This document shows, in pieces, positions 46,109 to 57,192 of a stretch of DNA of 64,000 nucleotides (within the stretch, counting starts at the first letter, position 1; every line of letters begins with the position of its first letter). The stretch covers positions 4,270 to 68,269 of the forward strand of contig CANQMK010000001.1 in NCBI GenBank assembly GCA_947624895.1, written 5' to 3'. Under the pieces are notes generated by a model. It was not told the origin of the DNA and ran no database searches. It saw only the letters and a program-made list of their open reading frames with translations. A program made the position numbers and the translations under genes. Source of the stretch: an uncultured Oscillospiraceae bacterium. Its GTDB lineage: Bacteria; Bacillota; Clostridia; Oscillospirales; Oscillospiraceae.

Positions 46109-49100
46109 ATGGACATTGGCAAGCAATACAGCGTGTTATATAAGCTCCAAGCCCAGCTTGACAGCGCCTTTGCCAGCACCTTCACCAAAGCCCAAGCCTC
46201 CGTTGCCTCCATGCAGAAGGAGATCCAGGACCTCAACAAGACCCAGGGAAACATCGCCGCTTACCAGAAACAGCAGAGCGCCGTTGAAGCCACCCAAAAG
46301 AAGTTGGAGGTGCTTCAGCAGCAATACGACAACATCCAGAAGGAGATCCAGGAGACGGAGGGGTATTCCTCTTCTCTTGAAAATAAGCTCCTGTCCAAAC
46401 AACAGCAAATCGACAAGACTTCCGCCTCCCTGCAGAGCCAGACCCAAAAGCTCCAGGAGATGGAAAGGGCGCTCCAGGAGGCCGGCGTGGACACCGACAA
46501 CCTCACCGGCGAAAGCGCGCGGCTGGGCACCCAAATCGACGAGCTGAAGCGCAAGCAGGAGGAGGCCGCAGAAAGCGCCGGGGCATTCGGTGACGCCGGA
46601 GAAGAGGCGTTTGCCAATGTCAAGGAGGCGCTGGTGGCCGCTGGGCTGGTGGCCGCTCTCAAGGAGATCGGCGACGCCTACATGGAGTGCGTTGGCATCG
46701 CCGGCGACTTCGAAGAGGCAATGTCCACGGTGGAGGCCCTGTCCGGGGCCTCCGCCCAGGAGATGGCCGCTTTGAGCGCCGAGGCCAAGGAGCTGGGCGC
46801 CTCCACCAAATTCACCGCCAAAGAGGCCGCCGACGCCATGGGCTACATGGGCATGGCCGGATGGTCCGCCGCCGATATGCTTCAGGGCATGGATGGCGTA
46901 TTGCAACTGGCCGCCGCCTCCGGGGAGGATCTGGCCAGGGTGTCCGACATCGTAACGGACAACCTCACGGCGTTTGGCCTGACGGCGGCGGATACGGCCC
47001 ACTTCTCCGATGTTTTGGCCGCCGCCGCCACCAACGCCAACACCAATGTGTCCATCATGGGTGAGACGTTCAAAATGTCCGCCCCGCTGGCCGGCGCCCT
47101 TGGGTACAGCATTGAGGATGTTGCCACAGCCGTCGGCATGATGGCCAACAGCGGCATCAAGGGGAGCCTTGCCGGTACCAGCCTGAAAAATATCTTCAAC
47201 GGATTGTTGGAGGGTGTGACCCTGACAAGCGCCGCATTCGGCGAGTATGAATTTACCGCCGTCAATGCCGATGGCACCATGAAGGAGTTTGGTGCGACCA
47301 CCGAAGAACTGCGCGACCTCTTTGCCGAAATGACAGAGGCCGAGAAAATGAGCAATGCCCAGGCCATCGCCGGTCTGCGCGGCTACGCTGGCTTGCTATC
47401 CATCCTCAACGCCACCGAGGAGGACTATGTCAAGCTGGCCACCAGCATTGACAACTGCACCGGTTCCGCGGAGCGCATGGCGAAGATCAAATTGGACAAC
47501 ATGAACGGCCAACTCACCATCGCCAAATCCGCGTGGGACGGCCTGAAGATCAGCGTTGGCGAGCAGTTCACGCCTGCTATGCAGAGGCTCTATGAAGTGG
47601 CGGCTCAGGTGTTTGGCGCCATCAACGAGTTTGTCAAGAAAAATCCTGGTATCGTAAAGGCCATCGCTTCCATTGTTGCCGGACTGGCGGCGGCTACCGC
47701 TACCATCCTGGGCGTTGTCGCTGCGGTAAAAGCGGCCCAGTTGGCCCAGGCGGCGTGGAACGTGGTTATGAACATGAACCCCATCGTCCTGATGACAACG
47801 GCTGTTGTCGGCCTTGGGGTCGCCGTCGGAACTCTGGCGGCTACCTATGAGGGTTGCCAGAGCGAGTATGAGTCCTTGACCGCCACCTCCAGAGCGCAGT
47901 ATGACGCCATGCAAGACCTTCAGGCCGAGTACGAGAAAGTCCGGGATGCCATGGGCGAGACCTCCGCCGAAGCCCAACTCCTCAAGCGGGAACTGGATGA
48001 CGCCACCGCCGCCTATGAGGACAACAAGACGACCACCAAAGAGCTGGCTGAAGCCAACCGCGCTGTCATTGACGCTCACAACGAGCTGATGGCCGCTTAC
48101 GAAGAAACCATTGACGGCATCGACACGGAGGCGGAAAGTACCGTTGCGCTTGGCAAGAAGCTGGAAGACCTGATGTCCGTTGAAGGAAAGACGGCAAAGA
48201 CCAAGAAGGAAATTTTGGCGGTTGTCGAATTGCTCAACGAGGCCATGCCCCAGCTCGGGCTTGCCTACGATCAGTATGCGGACTCCCTCAATATGGGCGC
48301 TGATGCAGTCCTGCGCATGGCACGGGCTGAGGCCGCAAGAGAGAAAAACAAGGCAATGTACGACCAGTTGAAGGAGCAGATCTCTAAGGAGGCCGAACTG
48401 GAAGCCAATCTCGCCAGGGAGAGGGAGGAGACAGCAAAAAGGCAGAAAGAATTCGACGAAAAGTATGTAGAGCTCTCTCCGGCCCCGGCTGGTGAAGCGG
48501 CCGCCAGGAAGTGGGCGTCCGAAAATGCGGGCGCCCTCGCGCGCAACAAAGAAGCCATCGATGCGCTTGCGGCCCAGCAGGCCGAGGAAGCGAAGGCCCG
48601 GACCGCCTACGAGGAAAACCAGGCGCAGATCGAGCAATTGTCCTCCGCGCTTGGCGGGTATGGCGATGTTGCCGAGACCACCGGCGCCGCTGTTGTCGAT
48701 CGTATCAACGAAACCGGCGCCGCCATGCAAAGCCTCGTGGAAAAATACAACGAGGCATATACCGCCGCCTACGAGAGCGTTTCGGGGCAGTACGAGATCT
48801 GGGATCAGGCCGACCAGGTGGTAGCCACCAGCGTGGGCAACATCAACGCAAACCTGGAAAGCCAGGCCAAATACTGGGAGGACTACAACGCCAACCTTGC
48901 GACCCTGCGTGACCGCACGGAGGAGATCGAGGGACTGCAGGAGGTTATCGCCTCTTTTGCCGATGGCTCCCCGGAGAGTGTCAACGCCATCGCCGGTATG
49001 GTAAATGCCACCGACAGCGAATTGGCCGAGATGGTGGAGAATTTCCAGGCGGTCCAGGACGCCCAGCGCGACACCAGTGACAGCCTGGCCGAAATGAAGA

Positions 49101-49852
49101 CCAACTTCGACCATGAGATGGATGAGTTGACGCGGGCGCTGGAGGAGGACATCGCGGAGATGAACTTCTCCGACGAGGCCGGCCTGGCCGCCCAGGACAC
49201 TGTCCAGAGCTATATCGACGCCGCCAACGATATGCTGCCCAGGGTACAGGCGGCCTACAGCGCCATCGGTGACGCGGCGAGCAAGGCCCTATCCCAGCAC
49301 AAGAACACGGGATGGATGGGTTCTTACTTTGACATTCCCGGCCACCACTACGCAGACGGGACGAACTACGCACGTCAGGGCATGGCCCTGGTGGGCGAGA
49401 ATGGCCCGGAGCTGGTGTATATGCGGGGCGGGGAAGGGGTACTGACCGCACGGGAGACTGAGAAGCTGTTGGCCGAGTATGCCGCCATTGTCTCGGCCAT
49501 GGGCGGTATGACCCCGGAAGCCTACGCCACCGGAACAAGGTACGCCCAGGAGGGCATGGCCCTGGTGGGCGAGAATGGCCCGGAGCTGGTGTATATGCAG
49601 AACCACAGGCCGGAGTTGGATGTCGACCCAAGGCCAGAACTCCCCAAGCCGTTCTTCAACGGTGGCGGCTACGGTGGTTTTGACAGAAACCTGTCTGTCA
49701 GGGTCGATGTCCATGTTGATGGCAACGCCTCCCAGGACACGGTCGATGCGCTGGACGCCAAGGCGAGGGAGATTGCCGACATGGTCGCCGACGAGGTCAT
49801 GGACCGCATACGCGATGAACAGGACGACGCCGAAAGGAGAGCCTACCGATGA
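46109..49852 (+). CDS. Tape measure protein
   Basis: 1247 aa, coiled-coil rich, central hydrophobic segments; position. Confidence 0.85.
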   Translation: MDIGKQYSVLYKLQAQLDSAFASTFTKAQASVASMQKEIQDLNKTQGNIAAYQKQQSAVEATQKKLEVLQQQYDNIQKEIQETEGYSSSLENKLLSKQQQIDKTSASLQSQTQKLQEMERALQEAGVDTDNLTGESARLGTQIDELKRKQEEAAESAGAFGDAGEEAFANVKEALVAAGLVAALKEIGDAYMECVGIAGDFEEAMSTVEALSGASAQEMAALSAEAKELGASTKFTAKEAADAMGYMGMAGWSAADMLQGMDGVLQLAAASGEDLARVSDIVTDNLTAFGLTAADTAHFSDVLAAAATNANTNVSIMGETFKMSAPLAGALGYSIEDVATAVGMMANSGIKGSLAGTSLKNIFNGLLEGVTLTSAAFGEYEFTAVNADGTMKEFGATTEELRDLFAEMTEAEKMSNAQAIAGLRGYAGLLSILNATEEDYVKLATSIDNCTGSAERMAKIKLDNMNGQLTIAKSAWDGLKISVGEQFTPAMQRLYEVAAQVFGAINEFVKKNPGIVKAIASIVAGLAAATATILGVVAAVKAAQLAQAAWNVVMNMNPIVLMTTAVVGLGVAVGTLAATYEGCQSEYESLTATSRAQYDAMQDLQAEYEKVRDAMGETSAEAQLLKRELDDATAAYEDNKTTTKELAEANRAVIDAHNELMAAYEETIDGIDTEAESTVALGKKLEDLMSVEGKTAKTKKEILAVVELLNEAMPQLGLAYDQYADSLNMGADAVLRMARAEAAREKNKAMYDQLKEQISKEAELEANLAREREETAKRQKEFDEKYVELSPAPAGEAAARKWASENAGALARNKEAIDALAAQQAEEAKARTAYEENQAQIEQLSSALGGYGDVAETTGAAVVDRINETGAAMQSLVEKYNEAYTAAYESVSGQYEIWDQADQVVATSVGNINANLESQAKYWEDYNANLATLRDRTEEIEGLQEVIASFADGSPESVNAIAGMVNATDSELAEMVENFQAVQDAQRDTSDSLAEMKTNFDHEMDELTRALEEDIAEMNFSDEAGLAAQDTVQSYIDAANDMLPRVQAAYSAIGDAASKALSQHKNTGWMGSYFDIPGHHYADGTNYARQGMALVGENGPELVYMRGGEGVLTARETEKLLAEYAAIVSAMGGMTPEAYATGTRYAQEGMALVGENGPELVYMQNHRPELDVDPRPELPKPFFNGGGYGGFDRNLSVRVDVHVDGNASQDTVDALDAKAREIADMVADEVMDRIRDEQDDAERRAYR

Positions 49853-50064
49853 ATACCTACACCACCGTACAGGGAGATATGTGGGACAGTATCGCCTACA
49901 CGCAGCTTGGCGACGTGGCCTACACCGACAAGCTGATGAACCTCAACCCGGAGTACCGGGACATCTTCATCTTCCCGGCGGGCATCGTCCTGACCCTTCC
50001 CGATGCCGTTGCGGTGAGCGCGCCTGACAGCGCCACGCCTCCATGGAAGAGGGTGGCGGGATGA
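49849..50064 (+). CDS. Tail protein X (LysM-like, XkdP analogue)
   Basis: [14 protein letters not shown]...NP......FPAG..L.LP. Confidence 0.65.
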   Translation: MNTYTTVQGDMWDSIAYTQLGDVAYTDKLMNLNPEYRDIFIFPAGIVLTLPDAVAVSAPDSATPPWKRVAG

Positions 50065-51560
50065 GCCAAAAGGATCTTGCCCGGCGCACTGCGGTACAGA
50101 TCGCATTTGCCGGGACGGACATCACCGAGGACATGAGGCAATACCTCCTGTCCGTGACCTATACCGACAACGAGGAGGACGAGACAGACGACCTCCAAAT
50201 CAAGCTCCAGGACAGGGACGGCATCTGGATGGAAAACTGGTTGGCCTCCGCAGTGGACGCTGCGGCCGTTGCAACGGCCCAGGGCGGCGTTTCTGGCGGT
50301 GGGCCATCATCCTACATGGTCACAGCCAAAAGCGGCTTAAATGTGCGTTCCGGGCCAAGCACGAGTTATGCTCGTCTTGGCGCTCTGGTGTGTGGCGCCG
50401 CGGTGGAGGTGCTGTCCATCGAAAACGGCTGGGCTTCCATCCAGTATGGCGGCAAGGATGCCTATGTGAGCGCCCAATACATCAAGCCTGTAGATGGGCA
50501 AGGTGGCGGCTCCGAGGCGGACTCCGGCGAGGCGGTCTACACGGTGGTCAAGGGGGACAACCTGTCAAAGATCGCCGCCCAGTACGGGACAACGTGGCAG
50601 AAGCTGGCCGAGTACAACGGTCTCAAAAATCCGAACCTCATCTATCCGGGGCAGAAGATCAAGATCCCAGGAGGAGACGGCGGGGCGCCCGCCATAGCGA
50701 CCTCAACCAGCATGAAGATCCAGGCGGTCTTCGTGCGGGAAAACTGGCACGGAGACGGCAAGGACGAGGCGCTGGACTGTGGCCAATTCGAGCTCGACAG
50801 CGTGGTGGCCTCCGGGCCGCCGGCTGTCATCACCATCAAGGCGACCTCACTGCCCTACACCTCCCAGGTGCGGCAGACGGAGAAGACCCGGGCGTGGGAG
50901 AATATCTCATTGTCCGGCATCCTCCAACAAGTGGGATCGGAGAACGGCATGACCGTCCTCTGGGAGAGCGCCTACGACCCGGTCTATGAGCGGGTAGAGC
51001 AGTTCCGGGAGAGCGACATCGCCTTTTCCTCCCGGCTCTGCCACGATGCGGGCATCTCCCTGAAGGCGACCAATAACATCATCGTGGCCTTCGACCAGGC
51101 GGCCTATGAGGCCAAGCCGGAGGTAAGGACGATCCGCCGGAAGGACGGTAGCTACTCCAAGTACAGCCTGACCATCGGCTCCACCGACACCAAGTATTCC
51201 TCGTGCCGGGTGCGCTACACCGATCCGGCCACCGGCAAGCTCATCGAGGGCAAGGCCTACGCCGAGGACTACAAGGAGGATGCCAAGACCAACCAGCAGT
51301 TGGAGATCTGGGCCAAGGTGTCCAGTGTGGCCGACGCGAACACCCTGGCGGCCAAACGGCTGCGGCTCCACAACAAGTACGCCAAGAGCGCGTCCTTTAC
51401 CCTCCCCGGTGACCCCGGCCTTGTGTCTGGGGTCACCATTCTGTTGGATGGGTGGGGACCGTGGAACGGCAGGTATATCATCAAGCAGGCCGTCCACAGC
51501 GTGGACAAAAACGGTTATGTCACGAAGATCAAGCTCCGGCGTGTATTGGAGGGATGTTGA
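50061..51560 (+). CDS. Late control D / XkdQ-like baseplate hub protein with inserted SH3b and LysM domains
   Basis: gpD-like N- and C-terminal parts. Insert carries [11 protein letters not shown] (SH3b-like) and [17 protein letters not shown]...YPGQKIKIP (LysM). Confidence 0.65.
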   Translation: MSQKDLARRTAVQIAFAGTDITEDMRQYLLSVTYTDNEEDETDDLQIKLQDRDGIWMENWLASAVDAAAVATAQGGVSGGGPSSYMVTAKSGLNVRSGPSTSYARLGALVCGAAVEVLSIENGWASIQYGGKDAYVSAQYIKPVDGQGGGSEADSGEAVYTVVKGDNLSKIAAQYGTTWQKLAEYNGLKNPNLIYPGQKIKIPGGDGGAPAIATSTSMKIQAVFVRENWHGDGKDEALDCGQFELDSVVASGPPAVITIKATSLPYTSQVRQTEKTRAWENISLSGILQQVGSENGMTVLWESAYDPVYERVEQFRESDIAFSSRLCHDAGISLKATNNIIVAFDQAAYEAKPEVRTIRRKDGSYSKYSLTIGSTDTKYSSCRVRYTDPATGKLIEGKAYAEDYKEDAKTNQQLEIWAKVSSVADANTLAAKRLRLHNKYAKSASFTLPGDPGLVSGVTILLDGWGPWNGRYIIKQAVHSVDKNGYVTKIKLRRVLEGC

Positions 51561-51922
51561 TGGCGACAGAGGTTGAGCGGGTATTGTCCCGGATGGTACA
51601 GCGCGGCATTGTTGCCGACGTTGACGCGGAAAAGCTCCGGGCCAGGGTCAAGTTCCCGGAGACGGATATGATCTCCGGCTGGCTCAACGTCCTGCAACAC
51701 AGAAACATGGGACTGTCCATCACCGAGGATGGTGGGCACGGCCATGACGTCACCGTGGTGGACACCTACACAGGGGGAGGCAGCGGCACGGCCAAGGCCG
51801 TCCCTGGCCATTCCCACGCGGAGAGCGTCACCACCGCATGGATGCCGAGGGTCAATGATCAGGTGGTAGTGCTCTACCTCCCCGTCGATGATGGGGACGG
51901 TTTTATCCTGGGAGGGCTGTAA
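51560..51922 (+). CDS. Baseplate assembly protein V-like spike
   Basis: GIVADVD...RARVKF....ISGWL.V ... VNDQVVVLY...GDGFILGG. Confidence 0.6.
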   Translation: MATEVERVLSRMVQRGIVADVDAEKLRARVKFPETDMISGWLNVLQHRNMGLSITEDGGHGHDVTVVDTYTGGGSGTAKAVPGHSHAESVTTAWMPRVNDQVVVLYLPVDDGDGFILGGL

Positions 51923-52321
51923 ATGGTTGTTGGATGCCTGGGGGAGATCCCTTTCACGGTCTCAAGCGAGGCCATCCAGACGCTACAAAACATGGTATGG
52001 TCCGGCTCCGCACAGTACGGCACACACGACCGCCACCTGCACGGCAGCCTGACCGAGTTTACCGGGAGCAAGCCGGACGGTTACACATTTGACATGGTGC
52101 TATCGGCGTTCCTTGGCGTGAACCCCATGGACTCCATCACCGAGCTGTGGACCTATGAGCGCACCGGAAGGGCCGTGCCGCTGGTCGTCGGCACTCACGC
52201 CTACGGCGAATACCGATGGACTGTGCTCAGCCATAAGATCAAGGTCACGACCTGTGACGCCGATGGCGACATTCTGACGGCCACCGTCAGCGTGACGCTT
52301 CAGGGATATTTGAGGGGGTGA
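51923..52321 (+). CDS. gpU-like tail protein
   Basis: Overall pattern resembles the P2 GpU family (G..PF........G...TF.M.L...........L......G.A.PLV.G). Confidence 0.45.
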   Translation: MVVGCLGEIPFTVSSEAIQTLQNMVWSGSAQYGTHDRHLHGSLTEFTGSKPDGYTFDMVLSAFLGVNPMDSITELWTYERTGRAVPLVVGTHAYGEYRWTVLSHKIKVTTCDADGDILTATVSVTLQGYLRG

Positions 52322-52650
52322 ATACCGTGGCCTACAAAGTCAACGCCGCAGACCTGACCCACATCCGGCTCAACGAAACCGATACCGTGGCGTCCGTCCT
52401 CCAAAATGTTGCCATCATCCTGGCTACCAGGCAGGGGACGGCGCCCCTTTGGAGAGATGGGGGCCTGCCCCAAAACTTTGTAGACAAGCCTATCCCGGTG
52501 GCCAAGACCATGCTGCTGGCCGAGGTCAAGGAGGCCGTGGAGAAATACGAGCCGCGGGCCACGGTGGTTGGCGTCACCTTCACCGACGACGCCGCCACCC
52601 CTGGGCGGCTCATTCCTACCGTGGAGGTGGAGATCAATGCGCAACCCTGA
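52318..52650 (+). CDS. Baseplate protein W / gp25-like
   Basis: SVLQNVAIILATRQGTAPLWRDGG pattern; size and position. Confidence 0.55.
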   Translation: MNTVAYKVNAADLTHIRLNETDTVASVLQNVAIILATRQGTAPLWRDGGLPQNFVDKPIPVAKTMLLAEVKEAVEKYEPRATVVGVTFTDDAATPGRLIPTVEVEINAQP

Positions 52651-53818
52651 ATACCAGTTTTTCGACACCGACACCGACACGTTGATCGCGCAGTTGGTGG
52701 CCATGTACGAGCGGATGGTGGGTATCAGCGTTCACCCGGCCAGCCCGGAGAAGCAATTTATTCTCTGGGTGGCGACGGTCATTCTGCACGAGAGGGTGGC
52801 GAGCAATTACAATGCCAACCAAAACGTGCCCAGCCGAGCGTCTGGCGAAAATCTGGACGCCCTGGCCGACCTGTTCTACCTGGACAAGCGCCCGGAGGCC
52901 AAGCCCGCCGCCTGCACGGTGCGGTTCCACATCTCGGAGCCGCAGACAAGTCCCGTCCTCGTTCCCGTTGGAACACGGGTGACCGACGGCAACAACTCCC
53001 TGACCTGGTCCACCGATGCTGACGTCTACATCACCGCCGGGGACACCTACGCCGACATCCCGGTGCACTGCCAAGCAGCCGGGGTGCTGGGCAATGGGTA
53101 CACCCCCGGCCAGATCAACACCATGGTGGATCTCTACGACTACTGCTCCGGGGTCGAGAATATCACGGAGAGCGCCGGCGGCTCGGACGCCGCCAGCGAT
53201 GATGAGTTCTACGAACTCCTCCGGGCCAGCATGGACGGATATAGCTGTGCCGGGGCAAGGGGCAGTTACATCTACTTCGCCAAGGCCGTGTCCACGGAGA
53301 TCGCCGATGTGGCCGCCAACTCTCCCGCCGCCGGCGAGGTGGCCATCTACGTCCTCATGGCGGACGGCACCCCGGCGGGGGAGGAGATCAAGGCGGCGGT
53401 GCTGGCGGCGTGTAACCAGGAGGACAGGCGCCCCATGACCGACCTGGTGAGCGTCAAGGATCCCGACACGGTGACCTACAACATCGAGTTCGTTTACTAC
53501 ATCAAGGACGGCGCCACCATCAGCTCCGAGGAGATCCAGGGGCGGGTGGAGGCCGCCGTCCAGGAGTATGTGGAGTGGCAACACGGCAAATTGGGGCGGG
53601 ACATCAACCCTGACGAGCTGAGGGCCTACCTCGGCACCGTGGGGAAGACCTGGGACGCCGAGGCTGGGGAATATGTGGGGACATCAGCCATCAAGCGCAT
53701 CGTCCTCACCAGCCCGGACTTTACCGTACTGCGAGACGGAAAGAACAACGCCGAGGTCCCGCAGGTCGCCCAGCTCGGCACCATCAAAATCACGAATGGG
53801 GGCTTCGAGGATGAATGA
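52637..53818 (+). CDS. Baseplate J-like protein
   Basis: Size, position; ...ASGENLDALADLFYL... motif. Confidence 0.7.
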   Translation: MRNPEYQFFDTDTDTLIAQLVAMYERMVGISVHPASPEKQFILWVATVILHERVASNYNANQNVPSRASGENLDALADLFYLDKRPEAKPAACTVRFHISEPQTSPVLVPVGTRVTDGNNSLTWSTDADVYITAGDTYADIPVHCQAAGVLGNGYTPGQINTMVDLYDYCSGVENITESAGGSDAASDDEFYELLRASMDGYSCAGARGSYIYFAKAVSTEIADVAANSPAAGEVAIYVLMADGTPAGEEIKAAVLAACNQEDRRPMTDLVSVKDPDTVTYNIEFVYYIKDGATISSEEIQGRVEAAVQEYVEWQHGKLGRDINPDELRAYLGTVGKTWDAEAGEYVGTSAIKRIVLTSPDFTVLRDGKNNAEVPQVAQLGTIKITNGGFEDE

Positions 53819-54401
53819 CGCGGCGCATTCCCTCACCGCCGAGAACCTCATGCGGGTATTCCCGGAGGCCCTGGCTATGGACAACAGCATGGTGGCCCTG
53901 GGCAGTGCCACGGCCGCCGTCCTGGAGGCGGTGGTCAACGAGAGCAGGGAGATGTCTATCTACACCCGCATCGATGAACTCCCGGAGGATCTTCTGGACA
54001 TACTCGCCCACGACTTCAAGGTGGACTGGTGGGATGGGGACTTCACGCTGGAACAGAAGCGGCAGATCCTCAAGAGCAGTTGGTACGTCCACCGCACACT
54101 CGGCACCAAGGCCGGCGTTACATCCGCCATCTGCTCTATCTACCCCGACACAAAGGTGTTGGAGTGGTGGGAGTACGAGGGCCAGCCGTACCATTTTCGG
54201 CTGCGGATCAATTCGACTTACGCAGACGTGTCTCCGGCCCTCCACCAGCGCGTGTTGGAGAAGGTCAATTACTACAAGCCCCTGCGGTCGGTGCTGGATA
54301 CCGTGGAATACTACGACGCCGGGGCCAGCGCGACCATGTATACCGGGGCGGCCTGCGTCGGCGTTGAGATGGTAGACGGCGCAACGGCGGTCAGGTATTA
54401 G
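53811..54401 (+). CDS. Tail protein I / XkdU-like
   Basis: LAHDFKVDWWD....EQKRQILKSSWYVHRTLGTKAGV. Confidence 0.65.
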   Translation: MNDAAHSLTAENLMRVFPEALAMDNSMVALGSATAAVLEAVVNESREMSIYTRIDELPEDLLDILAHDFKVDWWDGDFTLEQKRQILKSSWYVHRTLGTKAGVTSAICSIYPDTKVLEWWEYEGQPYHFRLRINSTYADVSPALHQRVLEKVNYYKPLRSVLDTVEYYDAGASATMYTGAACVGVEMVDGATAVRY

Positions 54402-54411
54402 GAGGTAGACT

Positions 54412-55104
54412 ATGGCAACGAACTGGATCGGCGTGATCACAAACGCCGGAAACGCTCTGCTCAACGCCTGGGTTGGCGGGAAGGTCCTGAATTTTGATGG
54501 GGCTGAAGGCGGCACCGGCACGGTGCAAGAGGTCGCCATCATCGCACAGACCGCCCTGGTCAACAAAAGGCAGGACTTGAGCATCCTCGGTGCTGAACGG
54601 CTCCCCGAAGGCTACCGATTGAAGCTCCGTGTCCCGCCCTCGGATGAGGGCTATGTCCTCAACCAAATCGGCATCAAGGCCACCGTCACCGGCGGCCAGT
54701 CCACCATGCTGGCCCTGTTCCAGCACGAGCAGGGCATTGTCATTCCCAGCAAAACAGAGATCCCGGATTTTCAGTACACCTTTTACGCCCTGGTCTCCTG
54801 TTCCAACACCGGGCATTGGACGGTGACGCTTGACCCCACCGTGTTCATCACGCGCGGCGAATTCGCCGCCGTTATGGAGGGCGTCATCCGCGGACGTATC
54901 GTCGGCACGGCCAAGGACAGAGACGCCGACCGGCCTACCTACGGCATGGATGAGGATGCGCCCAACGAGGATGTTGTGTTACTCACCGGGCCGTACACGG
55001 GCAAGCACAAGGCTGCAGTTGAGTTGAGTGGAGAGCTGTACGACGCTCTCAACATCAGTCTGTCCGAGGCCCAGGCCTCTGACGGCGACCTCATACTCTC
55101 ATAG
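54412..55104 (+). CDS. Tail fibre protein (tail-collar N-terminal domain)
   Basis: ITNAGNALLNAW..G..L.F......GTG... pattern; position. Confidence 0.5.
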   Translation: MATNWIGVITNAGNALLNAWVGGKVLNFDGAEGGTGTVQEVAIIAQTALVNKRQDLSILGAERLPEGYRLKLRVPPSDEGYVLNQIGIKATVTGGQSTMLALFQHEQGIVIPSKTEIPDFQYTFYALVSCSNTGHWTVTLDPTVFITRGEFAAVMEGVIRGRIVGTAKDRDADRPTYGMDEDAPNEDVVLLTGPYTGKHKAAVELSGELYDALNISLSEAQASDGDLILS

Positions 55105-55117
55105 GGAGGCAATCACC

Positions 55118-55588
55118 ATGAGCGACAAGAAGTACCTGGAACGGGCCACTCTCGATGGGGTGCCTTTCGACCTGTGGACAAAGGCCTCTCTGGTAGAGGT
55201 GACCTACAACGGCACGGCTATGACCCTGGCCGATGCCATGGTGGAGATCTACGCCGACCTGTCCGAAGTCATCACCCCGGATGAGGTAGACGCCAAGATC
55301 TCCGCCGCAATTGGAGCGTTGGTCAACGGCGCCCCGGAGACTGGCGACACCCTCAAGGAGCTGTGCGACCTCATCGGCGACAATAAGGACGCCATGCGGC
55401 TGCTGAACGAGGCCATCGGGAAGAAGGTGGACCGGGTCGAGGGGAAGGGCTTATCGACCGAGGACTTCACCTCCGCGCTCAAGGCCAAGTTGGAGACCCA
55501 GCCCACCATCTTGCCGTTGGGCAAAGATGATGAACTGCCCGCCGGCCTGGCGGACGGCACCATCATTGTCCGCGGCATCACGGTGTAG
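55118..55588 (+). CDS. Tail fibre-associated protein
   Basis: GAPETGDTLKELCDLIG fibre repeat motif. Confidence 0.45.
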   Translation: MSDKKYLERATLDGVPFDLWTKASLVEVTYNGTAMTLADAMVEIYADLSEVITPDEVDAKISAAIGALVNGAPETGDTLKELCDLIGDNKDAMRLLNEAIGKKVDRVEGKGLSTEDFTSALKAKLETQPTILPLGKDDELPAGLADGTIIVRGITV

Positions 55589-55617
55589 ATCACACAATCT
55601 GATTGGAGGAAACCGAT

Positions 55618-57165
55618 ATGGCAATCCAGCAAGTGGACGGCGCCCTGTCCATCGTCATCAAGGGCAAAGAATATCTGCTCATGCCCATCACAAGGGGCGG
55701 CAACATCGAGAACGACGCCGTGACTATTGACGCGCTGGCCGACAATGACGAGATCCTCATTTGGGATGCCAGCGACAAGAGCACGGCCAAAAAGACCACC
55801 TGGGTCGAGGTCAAGCAGTCTGTGCGGGAGAGCATCCCGATCCTCTATCCGCAGATCGTGGTGTCCGTCTCCACCGGCTCCTCGGTCACCTGCTCCAACG
55901 GCGGCACCACCAAGACTGCCCAGGCCGTCGGCGGCGTGGCCACCTTTGAGGTCACCGAGTACGGCGCCTGGACGGTCAAGGCCTCCCTGTCAGGTCAGGA
56001 GTCCTCCAGCGAGGTCATCCAGGTGGATGCCGTCAAAAAATACCCTGTCACGCTCCACTACGCCTCTGTGTTCGGCGTCTGCTGGGATCCGTTGAATCCG
56101 TCCACGGCCCTGGCCCGGCTCACCCAGTCGAGCGACCCCAACGGCTTTGTCACAGTGAATATCAGCACCGAGCCTTCGCCCGCCGTTGGCACCGGGTCGG
56201 GCAGTTCGCCGTTTGACCGCTATGCGCCGTGGAGCCAGATGGACGAATACAACATCGTCAACGGCACTGTCGGCCCGTGCAAGGGGGACGCTGGTTTTTC
56301 CCGCGGGCGTGACACGATGGTTTATATTCCGGAGTTCTGGTTCAAGTTCATGGAGACCGGCGGCAAGCGGTATTTCTACATCGCCGACAAGCCCAAGGAC
56401 GGCTTCGGGCTGCATCCTGGCTCCGGCAAGTATCTGAGCCGCTACTCCATGAGTGAGGACGGTATGTCTAAGACCGGGGTTGCTCCGCTCACGGAGATCA
56501 CCCGCGGGGAGGCCAGGGAGAAAGCCAGGGCCAAGGGCGAAAAGTGGAGCCAGTACGACTACATCACCTGGAACGCCGTGTGGCTGCTCTACCTGGTCGA
56601 GTTCGCCGACTGGGACTGCCAAAAGAAAATCGGTCGAGGCCGTGTTGACATGACGTGGTCGGATGGCAAGGCCGACAACGGCGGTACCGACACCATGTCC
56701 TACCACACCGGGCGGGCCGCCGGCGAAGACGGCAAGACCTGCATTCAGTACCGCCACCTGGAGAATATATGGGGAAATGTCTTCTACTGGATCGACGGTA
56801 TCAACATCAACGTCTTTGACGTGTACATCTGCACGGACCACAAGCTGTACGACGATGATACGGATGTCGGCTACGAATGTATCTACACGACCGACATCAA
56901 TGATGACGGCGGCTACATCAGCGCCATCGCCTCACCCCCGGAAAACGCTCCGTGGGCGTTCCTCCCATCTGGTATCAGTGGGAGCGAGACGACCTACATC
57001 CCGGATTATGGCTATTACTGGGGCGAAAGCGAAGAGTGGTATTTGCCGTGCGGCGGCGGCGGCTGGTACGACCGCTCGGATGCCGGCCTCTTCCAGTTCG
57101 GCGCCGACTATCTGTCGGATGAGACGGGCTCGAGCGACGGCGCGCGACTCCTTTTTAACCCCTAA
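55618..57165 (+). CDS. DGR target: receptor-binding tail protein with C-terminal CLec/FGE-sulfatase-like variable domain
   Basis: YRHLENIWGNVFYWIDG motif. The last 40 codons are the VR matching the TR. Confidence 0.8.
   Translation: MAIQQVDGALSIVIKGKEYLLMPITRGGNIENDAVTIDALADNDEILIWDASDKSTAKKTTWVEVKQSVRESIPILYPQIVVSVSTGSSVTCSNGGTTKTAQAVGGVATFEVTEYGAWTVKASLSGQESSSEVIQVDAVKKYPVTLHYASVFGVCWDPLNPSTALARLTQSSDPNGFVTVNISTEPSPAVGTGSGSSPFDRYAPWSQMDEYNIVNGTVGPCKGDAGFSRGRDTMVYIPEFWFKFMETGGKRYFYIADKPKDGFGLHPGSGKYLSRYSMSEDGMSKTGVAPLTEITRGEAREKARAKGEKWSQYDYITWNAVWLLYLVEFADWDCQKKIGRGRVDMTWSDGKADNGGTDTMSYHTGRAAGEDGKTCIQYRHLENIWGNVFYWIDGININVFDVYICTDHKLYDDDTDVGYECIYTTDINDDGGYISAIASPPENAPWAFLPSGISGSETTYIPDYGYYWGESEEWYLPCGGGGWYDRSDAGLFQFGADYLSDETGSSDGARLLFNP
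57042..57153 (+). repeat. DGR variable region (VR)
   Basis: 112-nt gap-free match to 57407-57518. 13 mismatches, all at TR adenines. Confidence 0.9.
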
Positions 57166-57172
57166 TGGGGGA

Positions 57173-57192
57173 CCGGGGGCCGCAGCCCCCGG
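57173..57192 (+). promoter_or_regulatory. GC hairpin downstream of VR (DGR target-recognition hairpin/cruciform candidate)
   Basis: CCGGGGGC-CGCA-GCCCCCGG, 8 nt after the stop codon. Absent after the TR. Confidence 0.65.

Noticed and set aside
47396-49114. 572-aa minus-strand ORF, and nested plus-strand ORFs within the tape measure gene
   Set aside because: They lie entirely inside the 1247-aa tape measure ORF. The composition is typical of off-frame translation.
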